From contig JAAOMT010000639.1 in NCBI GenBank assembly GCA_016748015.1, positions 1 through 64,000 on the forward strand: 64,000 nucleotides of DNA, given 5' to 3'. The notes under the pieces are model-generated. The model made no database searches and was not told where the DNA came from. It saw nothing but the letters and a program-made list of their open reading frames with translations. Each line of letters begins with the position of its first letter. Position 1 is the first letter of the stretch. The position numbers were made by a program, and so were the translations under genes. Of this stretch, positions 11,401 through 24,600 are shown in pieces. The stretch is from Geosiphon pyriformis uo1 (Eukaryota; Fungi; Glomeromycota).

Positions 11401-14400
11401 CTAGTCTAGTTTGAAAGATTGCTATGTGCAATTTTAGGAGTATAAACAATCTAGCTAAACAAGAAGATATTGTGCATTGGCATAAAAACATAAATAATCT
11501 GGTTTTAATTTTCATGGAAACAAAGCTGAGAAAAAAAGTCCATCCATGAATTGTTGACAAATTTAGTGATGTTCATGTGTTTACTTTGGGTATAGACTCT
11601 GGTTATTTGGGTTTAGGTGTTGCTGTAATCATGGACAATTCTTTGGCCAGATATGTGTATAAAATTTTTGAGATACCTGGTCAACTCTTCTTTATTAAGT
11701 TGCTTTTTAAGAATAAACTTTCTGTTTCAATTTTGGGGCTCTATGCTGGTGTCTCTTTTGCAGTTCATTTCTCCCAAGCTGGTGAGATCAATTTTCTTAT
11801 TGCTAAAGCTGTGAATGAATTTTCTTTCATTATTCTTGATAATAACTTCAATAAAGATGGTTCTCGTAGATGTGCCAGTTACAATAAGTGTCTTGATTTG
11901 GGTTTGATTAACTTTTTGGATGGGTGCTTAGTAGCCAAGATACTGACATGGTGCAATTTTTATGGTGTCACCAGAATGATTAATTACTTGTTCATTTCTT
12001 CTAACTTGGTCAATTTAATAGTGAGCTGCAGTATAACTGATGTTGTGGACTATTTTAATACTGATCACAAAGCTATTGCTGTCTCTGTGAGTCTTAGTAG
12101 TTTGTTAGATGTGCAATTGTTTTTGCTTCAAAAGCAAGCTAATAAGGATTGTTAGAAGTTTGATGTCAAAAATGCCAATGTTGCAAAATGGTGTAAGTTT
12201 AAGAATGCCACAACAGCCAATACTACTATGTTCTTAGATAAGTTTGCTAAGGCTGTAACATTTTCAGATCTGGATGCAATGTGGGCTGTTGTTCGCAAGA
12301 TAATGGTTTTTTTAGTCAATAGTACTTTTAGTAAGAAATGGTTCAAGAGTTTCAATAGTGTTTTTACCAAAGAGTTTTCTAGGTTTTATAAACTTGAGTT
12401 GTTGGTGTCAAAGTTAATAAAGGCTTCTTGTTCGGCTTCTAGTAAGAATTTTGCTTCATTATTAAAAACTTGGAATAGACTTGATAATGGTAACAGCAGA
12501 AGTGAAATCTCTTTTTATTTCTGGTTCTAGTTTTGATGTTGTTTGTTCCAAGCTAGTTAAGGCAAGGAAATTTTATTGCTCTTCCAAATTGTTAAAATTG
12601 AGGCATGCTGAGGAGTTTCACATTAAACAGGCAATTTGTAAGAGGATAGAGAATTTTGAGTTGGACAAAAGTCATATTATCAGGAGTGTGCTAGAGCATC
12701 CCTTTCGTAAAATGGTGTTGAATCATTTAGTTGTGAATAAGGAGTTGGTTTTGGAGCCTAAGTTGGTTAAATTTAAGATAGATATGATTATAGAGGGTTG
12801 GACTAGAAAACATCAGATGGTCAATGATATTGTCAATAATTGAAGTCATTAATATCAACCTTTGGAGTATGTTTTTGATAAAGCTTTTTCTGGTGTGATG
12901 TGTTCAATTGGATTTGATGAATTATATGAAGTGGTTTCTAATTTGCCTGATGGCAAAGCTGCTGGCCTCTCAGATATCTCAAATGAGCTATGGAAGCATT
13001 GTGATGAATCAGTTCTTAATTTGCTTTTGGTGCTTTTAAACTTTTGTTTAGCTTGTGAATCTGTATCTAGTTCTTGAAAGGAGGCTTGGGTCTTAATGAT
13101 TCCTAAGCCTTATGACTAAAAGAATGTTCTGATGAATACTCATCTTATTGCTTTAATTGAGATGGCTTGCAAGATTCTTTCCAAGATTCTCTCTAATAGG
13201 ATTTCTTTAGCATGCAGCATTTTTGATGTTCTTCATGAGAACAATTTTTCAGTTTTAAAAGGCATGTCAACTCAGTTTCCTATTTTTGAAATCAGTTTGG
13301 TTATTGAAAATGCTCTGGAAAAGAACAAAAAGCTTTGGCTGGTTTTGCAAAACATGTGAAAAGCATATGATTTGGTTAGCTAGGAACATCTTAAAAAGAG
13401 TTTGGTCAGGATTAAGATGTGCAGCAAATTTGTTTAATTTTTTGGTAATATTCATAAAAATTGTACCAACAAAGTTATGACAGATTTTGGTTTGACAAGT
13501 GGTTATCATATGTATGATAGTCTGAACCAAGGAGAAGTTTTTTCTCTCTTTCTGTGGTGCATATTTTATGATCCTCTGTTGTGTAAAGTTAAGCATCAAG
13601 AAAGTGTGTGTGAGTATAGGCTGAATTCTCATTTTGTTTCCAAGAGTGGTTACATTGAATCTCAGGCTGGACTTTTTTCTTTTTTTACTGTCAGCACTTT
13701 TGTTAATAATACAATTTGGATTGGTAGCAGTCAGAATGCTACTCAGCATATTCTCAATATTGCAAGTGATTTCTTTCAAATTAATGACATTTCAATCAAT
13801 AATGACAAAACAGTGGTCATTCTTATTAATAGCAGGATTAGCACTTCTTCTCTTTCTATTAGTGGCACACTTATTTCTATTGCTAAAAAGAGTAAATCTC
13901 ATTAATACCTGGGTATTTTTCTTTTGACTGAAGGTTTTTTGAAGCCTAGTTTGGCAAAGGCGCATTCAGATGTTCACTTTTTCATCAATTTGGTTCTAAA
14001 AAAAGTGGTCTCGGATAAGCAGTTTTCATATTTGGTGTCAGCAGTACTTTATCCTATAGTAAGTTATAGGATGCAGTTTAGTTTTGTTCCAGTTGGTGTG
14101 TACAACAAATGGGATGCTCTGATTCATAAGGGGCTGAAGATCAAGTCTGGCCTGCCTCTTGACTTTTTAAGTGACACAATTTATTACTCCTCTTTTTATG
14201 GTTTGAAATCCTTTGCACAAATTCAATCTGAGAGTAAAATTGCTTCCCTTATTAGCTTTGCAAACTCCAATGAGATTCTAAGTCATTTGTTTTCTCCCAA
14301 ATCTCATGATTTGCAAGTTTTTTGTTAGTGTTCTGTTCATTCTTTGTGTTTTCTGATTCGTATTTGTGTTGATGCTTCTAATAATTTCTTAACAGGCATG

Positions 14401-14646
14401 GTTTGTGTTCTTTGTAATTGCAGTCTGTCTATTAGTGGCTCTCTGGCCAATCTTTTTCATGGTTGTGGTGGGGTTTCTATGTCTGTTGCCCTTGGTGAGT
14501 TGATGTTTTTCAAGTTTCTTCCTTTTTTTCAATGATATAGTATTGCATTTGTGGATCAACTTTATGATCATCATGATGCTGTCTTTAATTGGTACACATT
14601 TAAGTGGTAAAAGAGGCTGGACCCCTGTGGATCTGTTCCTAAGTGA

Positions 14647-15631
14647 TGTTACCAGACAAAATTAGAGATATTGTTTAACATGAAATTACCCTTATAAATC
14701 TTATCATTAGTTAGCATATATTATTATTTCAAATTATCACTTATTACATTAGCAAAATATATCCGAAATTATCATTTAATTAATAACCCAATTTGTACAT
14801 AACACAAATATAACCTAATTGCGATGATCAATCATGCAATACCCCGAACTATGTAACATTTAAAAAGTTTGCCGAAATTTGTAGAAATTTGCCAAAATAA
14901 TTGATAGTTCACCGAAATATTTAATAGTTCACTGAAATAATTTGTAGTTCACTGAAATGTATCTTTAGTTCAGCAAAATTGTAGAAAATAGCAAAGTTCG
15001 AGTTCATAGAATAGTGTTACGACAAGTTGTATAAAAAAAGAGTGTCTCTCTTCGAGAAAATGTATCTTATTTCAGATTTAAACAATTAGAATAATCTTTT
15101 ACACCCAAAAGACAAATAAATATCAAATAATTCAAAAAAACCAAATTCTTAAATTATTTCCCTTGAAATTAACCAATTCCTACTAACAGTTTGAAATTGA
15201 CTAGCTACCAATTTCAGTAAACTGTTAAAGCACTTCCAGGCCTGAATAGAAAACGTTTTCCTTGATAAAATTTTATTTCTTTTACATTTCTTTTATTTTT
15301 CTTTCCTTTTCTTATTACAAATCATTAGGGTAGTCTACAGATAAGATTTCTGTAAAAGAGTTGACTTTCACAGCAAAGTAACTACACATATTTTGTAAGC
15401 TTCCAGACAAGCAATTCCTGGGAAAAAGTTAACGTTTACTACAACATAATTACATAAAGTAACTGGCACGGAATTGGCCATTCCACTTATAAGCCCAGCA
15501 GTTCAAATTATAGGAGATAATTTGAAGATAAATTCAGTTATCGGAGGTTCAAACACTTCCCATAATCGTGAATTAACAGCATTACAACAAACATACAAGA
15601 GCTAAGAAGAGACCAAAAACCTCCAGTAACA
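14647..15631 (+). mobile_element. Solo LTR (985 bp), same family as the LTRs of the 45669-55466 element
   Basis: TGTTACCAG...CCAGTAACA; 4-bp TSD GTGA/GTGG; collinear with 45669-46640. Confidence 0.93.
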
Positions 15632-17389
15632 GTGGTTTAAACTCTTTACTGCATTTCTTAATATTGTGGATTTGTCTTCAGCTCTTTCTTCAGTGTCAAG
15701 TGGTGTTGGTCTTCTGAACATTCTTGGCTCTAGCAGTTTTATGTTTGTATGTAATCATCTGTTTCGGGTTGGTACTGGTAGTTTATCTGTATACACAGAT
15801 GGATCTCTAAAAGGTTTGGGCACAGTTGGCTGTAGGACTGGTGTTGCTGTTTATTTTAAAGACATTGATTTGGGTTTGGGTATTGGAGTATCGAGTTTGA
15901 TGTCATTTACTTTGGCTGAGATGCAAGCTATTGTATTGGCTTTAGAGTGTGTTTCTTTGGCTAGCTTTGTTCACTTGTTTTCAGATAATCAATCTGCTTT
16001 GGATGCTTGCAAATTGGAATTGGTTTTGGCATGTCCCAATTTTCGTAATTAGTGTTGGGTTAAGTATTGCCATATAGTTAATATTATTTATGGAAAAAAT
16101 TTGAGTGTTAGTTGGCACAAGATAAAGGGTTACTTTGGCATCTCAAGAAATAACCATGCTGATTCACTCATTGATAATGTGTCTATTTTTGATTGGTTTC
16201 TTCTACCTTGTTGTTACAGGTAATTATTTGGGGTCTTAAATCAAATAACAAATTCATAACTTGGTACTTAATTGATATAATTGGTTGGTAATATCTGAAG
16301 GTGTTGTTTTATCTGAAGGTTTGATGGATCTGAAGATTTTGTTGTGGAGTCCTTTGTATAATAGACAGAGATTTAAGTATTGTCTTTTCTGTAGCCTCCT
16401 GGAATTGCAATTCTGTCAAATTTTTTTCTTAGTATGATGGCCAGTAATCTTGGCAGAGATGCCCTTCTGGTAAGCTATCCTTAAATTCTCAATTCTTATA
16501 CCCTTTCTTTGAGGTCTTTTACCAGACTATTCTTGATGTCAATAACTCAGCACTTAATCTTTTTAATTAATTAGTAAACAACAAAAAAAAATAAAATAAA
16601 AAAAAATAAAAAAAATAAAGAAATAAAGAAAATAAAATAATAAATAAGTGTCCTGTTAATAGCTGTAATCAAAAGCTATTGTGCCAGCAGGTTAAGTAGT
16701 GGATAATAACATTAATATAGGAGTGATTTTACTTCAAGTTATAGTATTTTATCTTTTGAAGGAAGGATATTTAATAATTATGACCTGTGAGTCTAATTGA
16801 CTAATTTTCTAACTTCTGATATTACTGCTATATATACATAATTTGAGTTCTACAAAATTGCTCACATTCTCGAGCAATGTTCTATAATTTTTTAAGCAAT
16901 GCTCACATTGCTGAGCAATGTGCTATGATTTCTGACATTGCTGAGCAATGTGCCTGTAATTTTTGACAATGTGCTTATTGCTGAACAATGTGCCATGATT
17001 CTCTGACAATGTTTTACATTGCTGAGCAATGTGCTCATATGCTAAATACTATTCTCTTATTGGTCTATTTTCCCTATCTGTTTTTTCTTATTATTTTCTT
17101 GTATTCTTTTTCTATGAGTAACATTATTTCTTCCTTTAATATTGAGCTTCTGCAAAATCTTCTAAATTTTTCTTTTGTATCAATGTTGTTGCTGTAATTT
17201 CTATTGCTATTTGTAAATCTAATTTTATACATGACTGAAGTTTTTAACTATAGTGGTCTGTTCAGAATATCAATTTCAAATCTTACATCTGTATTATGTG
17301 CATGTTTAAACACAATGCCCTTATTATTATCACTGAATTTAGTTAATTCCTGTTCCATTGTAAGATCTAGAAGCATGATATATTGTTCA

Positions 17390-17650
17390 GTGTTTGAAAT
17401 GGAGTTTGAATTTATTGTTGACAGAGTTTGAATCATTGTTGTTATTAATGGAGTTTGAATTGTTGTTGTTATTAACAGAGTTTGAATTATCGTTGTCATT
17501 AGCAGAGTTTGAATCATTGTTGTCATTAGTGGAGTTTGAATTGTTGTTGTCATCAGCAGAGTTTGAATCATTGCTGTTATTAGTGGTGATTGAATTATTG
17601 CTGTCATCAGCAGAGTTTGAATCAGGATTAAGTTCCGATTCCAATTCCCA
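17390..17650 (-). repeat. ~27-bp minisatellite encoding Asn/Asp/Ser-rich DSNSADDNN repeats
   Basis: gagtttgaat(c/t)attgttgt.. units; ORF 17387..17692. Confidence 0.8.
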
Positions 17651-17819
17651 TTTGTTTTTGCTGATTGGCTCTTTTTCGAATATATGATGCATGGGAGTGG
17701 ATTGTAACTATGTTTCAATATTCTAACTCAGGACTGTTAGGTGGGTTTTTCTGATTTATTAGTACTGTAGAAATTAGGTAAGTTTTTTTGTATGATAGCA
17801 GTGTTTGGAATTTATCAGA

Positions 17820-18680
17820 CTTTGAATGTTCAGGTTTTTGAATAATTCCCAGAGTTTGAATTGCTAGAGATTTAATGAGTTTTATTGACAGTAAGTTTTT
17901 TTGTACAATAGCAGGGTTGGAATTATCGGGTTTTGAATATTTGGGCTTTTTAATGATTGGATCTTGAATAATCAGAGTTTTAACAAGTTTTAATGAGTTT
18001 ATCAAAGATAAGTTTCGAATGTTCGGGGTTTTAATGATCAAGTCGGAGTTTTAATTTAACAAGTTTTAACAAGTTTATCAATGGTAATTTTTGAATGTTC
18101 GGGGTTTTTAATAATCGGGTTTTGAATAAACAGAGTTTTAATTTAACGAGTTTTTAACGAATTTATCAATAGTAATTTTTGAATGTTCGGGGTTTTAATG
18201 ATTGGGTCTTGAATAATCAGAGTTTTAATTTAACAAGTTTTTTAATGAATTTATCAAAGATAAGTTTCGAATGTTCAGGGTTTTAATAATCAGATTTTGA
18301 ATAAACAGAGCTTTAATTTAACAAGTTTTTAATAAATTTATCAATGGTAATTTTCGAATGTTTGGAGTTTTAATGATTGAGTTTTGAATAATCAGAGTTT
18401 TAATTTTAACAAGTTTTTAATGAATTTATCAATGGTAAGTTTCGAATGTTTGGGGTTTTAATGATTGGGTTTTGAATAATCAGAGTTTTAATTTAACGAG
18501 TTTTAATGAATTTTTCAATGGTAATTTTCGAATGTTCGGGGTTTTAATGATCAGGTCTTGAATAATCAGAGTTTTAATTTTAATGAGTTTTTAACAAATT
18601 TATCAATGATATGTTTTGAATAGTCAGAGTTTTAACAATTGGGTCTTGAATAATCAGAGTTTTAATTTAACAAGTTTTTT
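17820..18680. repeat. Tandem array, ~87-88 bp unit, ~8 copies plus 2 degenerate longer copies
   Basis: gaatgttcggggttttaatgat... recurs at about 18017, 18093, 18181, 18269, 18356, 18444, 18530, 18618. Confidence 0.9.
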
Positions 18681-21600
18681 AAAAGTAATAATAAAATAAG
18701 GATTTCGCAAATACTAAGTGATTTTTCTTTGTTTTCTCTTGGTCTGCCACTTTTCTGCATGGTTGTTGCTGGTGCTGGTTCTCTGTTGGATTATACCTCA
18801 CAGGAAGCACCAAATATTATAGGTAATTATTTAGGGTCTTAAATCAAATAACAAACTCATAACTTGGTGCTCAATTGATATAATTGGTTGGTAATATCTG
18901 AAGGTATTGTTTTATCTAAAGATTTGGTGGATCTGAAGGTTTTGTTGTGGAGTCCTTTGTATAATGGACAGAGATTCAAGTGTTGTCTTTCTTATAGCCT
19001 CCCAAAATTGCAATTCTGTCAAATTTCTTTCTTAGTGTGATGGCCGGTAATCTTGATAGAAATGCCCTTTTGGTAAGCTATTCTTAAATTCCCAATTCTT
19101 ATATCTTTCCTTTGGGGTCTTTTACCAGGTTATCCTTGATGTCAATAACTCAGTGCTTAATCCTTTTAATCAATTAGTAAACAACAAAAGAAAATAAAAT
19201 AAAGAAAAATAAAAGAAAATAAAGAAATAAAGAAAATAAAATAAGAAATAAGTGTCCTGTTAATAGCTGTGATCAAGAGCTATTGTGCCAGCAGGTTAAG
19301 TAGTGGATAATAATATTAATATAAAAGTGATTTCACTTCAAGTTATAGTATTCTATCTTTTGAAGAAAGGATATTTAATAATTATGACCTGCAAGTCTAA
19401 TTGACTCTAAGAGTCCTACTGACTTTCAGTCTTTTTAATTTTGAGCCTAATTGACTAATTTTCTAACTTCTGATACTACTGCTATATATACATAATTTGA
19501 GTTCTACAAGATTGCTCACATTTTCGAGCAATGTTCTATAATTTTTCAAGCAATGTGTCATGATTTCTGACATTGCTGAGCAATATGCCTGTAATTTTTG
19601 ATAATGTGCTCATTGCTAAACAATGTGCCATGATTCTCTGACAATGTTTTCATTGCTGAGCAATGTGCTCACATGCTAAATACTATTCTCTTATTGGTCT
19701 ATTTTTTTTATCTGTTTTTTTTACTATTTTTTTGTATTCTTTTTCTATGAGTAACATTGTCTGAGTAAACATTTTTTGGTGGCTGATGGCAGTATTATTT
19801 CTGGCATTTCTAGACATTTTATTCATGATATTTATTATTTTGTCTGTTGTGTGCATTGGGAGATTGGTTCTGGCTCAAAGTTTTTGCCTTATAGTTTATT
19901 TTCTAAGATTGATTGGCACTAGTTTTCACTGGTATGGCATCCTGATTTGCACATGACTGCCAGTTATACCAGCAAGGCCTCAGCTAATACACGCACTTAT
20001 TTTATAAAAGCTCTGCATCGTCAGTTGCCTGTAGTTGTTCGAAAGCACTTTTATAATAAATGTTATCCCAGTGTACCGTGCTTGTACTATGACAAGGTAG
20101 AAGTATCAGATCATGTGTTTTTTTGTAGGGTTGATGAGTCTACTTGGCATCAAATACTGGAATCCCATGTAAATTCTTGGAAGTTGCTTTCAGGTCTTTC
20201 TCATTTCTCTTCGGGTGTGCTCCAATTGTTGTTGACCTGTGTTTCTGATTTTTCTTTATTAATGGCTTTTTTTAAGGGTTGTGTTTTTAATGATTGGTTT
20301 CGTGAAGTTATTTCTATTTTTTGTGATCCCAAAATAGCTTGTTGTGAGGTTGTTGAGTTTGTGTGCTCTCTTAGTCTTGATTTTAGGGATAATGTTTGAT
20401 TGGTTCATGCTAAACATTGGACATATATGGAGAAAAATGACTTGATTTCTTTTGATGATTCAGCTTTCATATTGGTTTCTGGTTTGACTTCAGGGTTTTT
20501 TACTGGTGTGGTTAAGATGCTTGACATAGCTGAGGCTTTTGGTGTATGTTTTGGATTTTGCAAATCTTGTTTGTTTTTTTCTGGGATAGGTGATTTGGTT
20601 TCAGTTCATATAACTGTATAGTGTTGTTCTGATCAGCCCGAATGGCTGGTTGCATGTAAAAAAAACATGATTCACATCTAGTATAGATCATTTCTTTGAT
20701 GTATAAAACTAGGCTGTGTTTGAACCTTTACTTGTTAAATAATAATAATAAAAATACTAATAATTTTTAATATTAAAAAATACAAAATATAATTAATTTT
20801 TTAAAATATTTATAATATAGTTTAAAAAAATTAAAATATATAAAAAATTTATTAAACTTTTTAACAGTATTTATAACAAATTTTAATTTAAATAATAATT
20901 ACCAAATTTATAATAAATTAGATTAAAGTTTTTTTTTTATTAATATTTTATGAGTGTAGCCCAATCACTATCTAGTATATAGAATCAAAACTATGAATTC
21001 CAATTAGATATAATTCACACATTTACCATATGTAACCAGTCACTCAGACTAATTAAAACAACACTATACTCCTATATAAACAGTAGCTTCACCACCTAAG
21101 CCAAAAAAAAACAAGCAAGGTTTGTAGAAACCAAAACTAATTCTAAATGAATCATCAATATCAATTAATCTAGCCACACTATCTGATAAAATTGGCAACA
21201 AGCCAACAGACACCACAGGCACTATTCTTAAATCACCAACTAAATTATTCCTTTTCATATTTATTCTAAACCTAGACCTAAATCTCCATAACTCAAAATA
21301 GTATAGAACACCTAAGCCATATACAAAATCAACCAAAATTCAAATCACCTTTTTACAATTATCAAAAATACATACTGTTTTCTTAAACTACCCTACAAGC
21401 ACAAAGTTTTTGCAAAGAAGAGCATACAAACCAACATCAAATAAACACAAAAGAAGAGATTCCACAACTACAGAATAAGCAAGAAAACAAGAACCAGCCA
21501 AAGACTTCCAACATAAAATATGTTCAAACAAAATCACTTTGCGAAAGGTAGACTCTTTACAACATGTGAACACATAATTAGAAAACTTAATCTCACCACA

Positions 21601-24600
21601 ATGCAAACATAAAACACTAGGATAATGTTTGTCATAAAGCCTCTTTCTAACAGCAACCAACAGTCTTTTATAGACAGCCTTCATAAAATAAGTGCACAAG
21701 TTGGCAGAAGCTTTGTTTATAAACTCTAACAGCATGTGTAAATCAGAATGTCAAACAACCACAATATGAACCCAATCAACATCATGAACTAAAAAACCAC
21801 CTAAAACTTTAGAGCCAAGACCAATTTTCTAACACACCCAATTTACCAACCTAAAAATGTCCCAAACAAAATGATAAATATTACCAGAAACCAACAGATC
21901 ATTAGCCACAATAAAGTATTTATATGTATTAGTTGATAACAGCAAAGAAGAATGAGCAGCTCTCTTTGCCAAAGCATTTGTGCAAACATTACCTAGAACT
22001 TCTGAGTGGTCTTTAATCTTTGACCAAACCACAGAAATGTCCTTACTAATAATCAAATTTGCAATATGTCTTCTCTTTATTCAACAACAATTATGAAAAT
22101 CAAGACCAGGCAACTCCAATTCTGAGACACATGTATCCAAAATGGTTTAACTGTTTAAACACACCACTACCAAACAAAAAGAGAGCACACATTCTAGAGC
22201 CAAAGCAATAGCCTGTAATTCAGTCATTGTAGAAAACAAATGTTCAACAACCTGAACTCCAATGCCCAAATTAATCTCAAAAAAAAATACAGCAGCACCT
22301 CCAGCCACATCAACAGAACCAAGTCCTTTCAAGGAACCATCTATATATATAGTAAAAATATTTGACCAAATTTCAAGCAAGCCACTCTTAATATTAGAAA
22401 ACTGATCAGATAACAATATTCAACATAGAATCCCTATTAGGAAATGCTGATGTAAATACAGCATTATGCAAAAACTTTGACACTAAAACAAACCAAAAGG
22501 GCACAGGTTTCTTAGAGTTTAATCTCTTCCAACATCAGAATGTCTTCCAATTTAAAACTTTGCCACATTTGTCTAAAAATCTGTCACAGAAAGCCATATC
22601 AAAACACTTTAATGAACTAACACAATCATAATACAATGATAGTCCCAAAACTTTCAAAACAAAAAACCTGCCAGGACAACAAAAAGCACAAGACAGATTG
22701 TTGGTCATAGAAATACCATTGTCTAAAAAAACCTGCACAATTCCAGCCAAAAAATTGTTTAAAGAGCTAACACACAACTACACAGAATATTGCAAAAAAT
22801 TCAGAAATACTTAGCCTAAAACCTGCAAATCCAGAAATCTGTGCTCAAAAAGCTAACTAAGAATCTCAAAAGCATTAGCAAAAACAACAATTCACACTAA
22901 CTTCTCTTCAGCCTAAATCTGCTCAAATGTTTTCAGATTATATAATACAAAATAATACAGCACTTTACTTGGAAAATTACATGACAGCCCAGTTTTTGAT
23001 TTAAAATCTTTCTTAACCAAAGCATTTCAATGCCAGCAAACAGCAAAAGGGATAAAACTAAACTGAATGTGGTAGCCAACAATGGGCTGTAGAACTGCTG
23101 AGACCAAATACAAGAACTACTTATCTGAAATTGCCATTCTTAACAGCATATTGAAAAAAAACTTAACATTAGATTAAGTCTTAGCCAAACTGAGTTTGGA
23201 TAGACTATTTGTAGACAAAAAAATACCCAAGTACTTGTGAGGTACACCACATTTGGCAATTGAAATAGGGGATTTACTAATCCTAAAAGCAGCATTTTTA
23301 ACCCTCCTATTAATAAAAATGACAACTGTTTTGTCATTATTAATTAAAATGTCATTATTAATTGAAATGTCATTAATCAAGAAGAATTCACTGACAATGT
23401 TCAATATAAATTGTGTAGCAGATTGGCTATTTCCAATTCAGATAATATCATCCACAAAAGCTCCAGCTGTAAAAAAAAAGATTATTCCACCCATGTTATC
23501 AATTTTCTCTATTTTGGCCACAAACTTGGTATCAAATCAGTAATTACATACACTTTCCTGTCTTTTGACTTTGCACAAAAAGAAGTCATAAAAAATTTGC
23601 CAAAGAAAGGAAGAAAACACTTTATTCTGATCAAGACCATCAAAAACACAATACCCATTTGAAAAGCCAAAATCTGTCATAATCCTGTTTAATCTATCTT
23701 TATAAATCTTACCAAAAAATTCAATAAATCTCTTACATATTTTTATATGTTACAAACTAGCTTTTAAGTGATGCCACCCTACTAAATTATATGCTTTATG
23801 CATATTCTGCAAAACCAACCAAACCTCTTTGTCTTTTTCCAAAGCATTTTCAATTACCAAACTGACTGCAAAAATAGGAGACTGTGTTGAAGTGTCTTTC
23901 AAGACTGAGAAGTTATTCCCATAGAGAACACTGAATTTACTGCAGACAAAAGAGATCCAATCCAAAAAAATTTTAGAAAAAATCTTACAAGTAGTTTCAA
24001 CTAGTACAATAGAATGAGTATTCATCAAGATGCCATTCCATTTATAAAATTTGAGTATTATTGAAATCCATGCCTCTTTCACAAAAGCAAAATAGCACTT
24101 GACTTCAAACACAAATTTAAAAGATACAGAAAACCCTTAAGAACATTATTATTACAATGCTTTCACAATTTGTTAGAAATACTACTGACACCAGCAGCTT
24201 TTCCATCTGGTAAGTGTTTAACAACTTAAACCAACTCATTAAAACTGACAACAGTCATAATACCAGAAAAAGCATTGTTATCTACATATTGTAAAAGAGC
24301 ATATTTATGAGTCCAAAAATCAGGCAAAGGCCCAAAAAATGAACACTTTCTGGTCTACTCTTCTATTATAATATCAATCTTAGTTTTAATATTATTAGAA
24401 TCCAAAACCAGCTCACTATCAACAACCAAATAGTCGAGAACCACTTTATGAAATGGCCTATCCAATATACTCTTAATTATTTGGTCTTTGTTTAAACAAA
24501 AATTTTCTATTCTTTTATCAATGGCACACCTAATAGCAGCAGACTAAACAGTCTTAGATTTATGCATTTTGGAACAATGGTAACTCTTTTAAATCTTGGA

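Larger units (their letters stand above)
16212..19756 (-). mobile_element. Non-autonomous, internally deleted LTR element (LTRs 16212-17123 and 18815-19756)
   Basis: TSD TTGT/TTGT; PBS TGGTGCTTCCTGTGAGG next to 18815; PPT next to 17123; 1.7-kb interior holds only a gag 5' scrap, tandem repeats and a dUTPase N-terminal scrap (FSDNNKGIVFKHAHNTD). Confidence 0.9.
11397..20621 (+). pseudogene. LINE-A ORF2 (APE endonuclease, RT, RNase H, CCHC finger) with many stops; split by insertions at 14647-15631 and 16212-19756
   Basis: Protein reading resumes across both insertions (e.g. VPK-W|FKL across the solo LTR). Confidence 0.85.
9461..20752 (+). mobile_element. LINE-A: decayed full-length non-LTR retrotransposon (ORF1; ORF2 APE-RT-RNase H-CCHC), interrupted by two LTR insertions
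   Basis: APE motifs (KIAMCNFRSIN..ETKL; NTDHKAI), RT (PDGKAAG, QGEVFS, FVNN for FVDD), RNase H (VYTDGSL, AEMQAI, FSDNQSAL), C-terminal CLYYDKVEVSDHVFFC, (TAA)n/A tail near 20740-20752. 5' end approximate. Confidence 0.9.

Noticed and set aside
17248-18041. Repeat proteins (ORFs 17248, 17394, 17715)
   Set aside because: Alternative-frame readings of minisatellites in a non-coding element.
17820-18680. CRISPR-like array
   Set aside because: The whole ~88-bp unit repeats with no unique spacers, no cas genes, eukaryotic LTR context.
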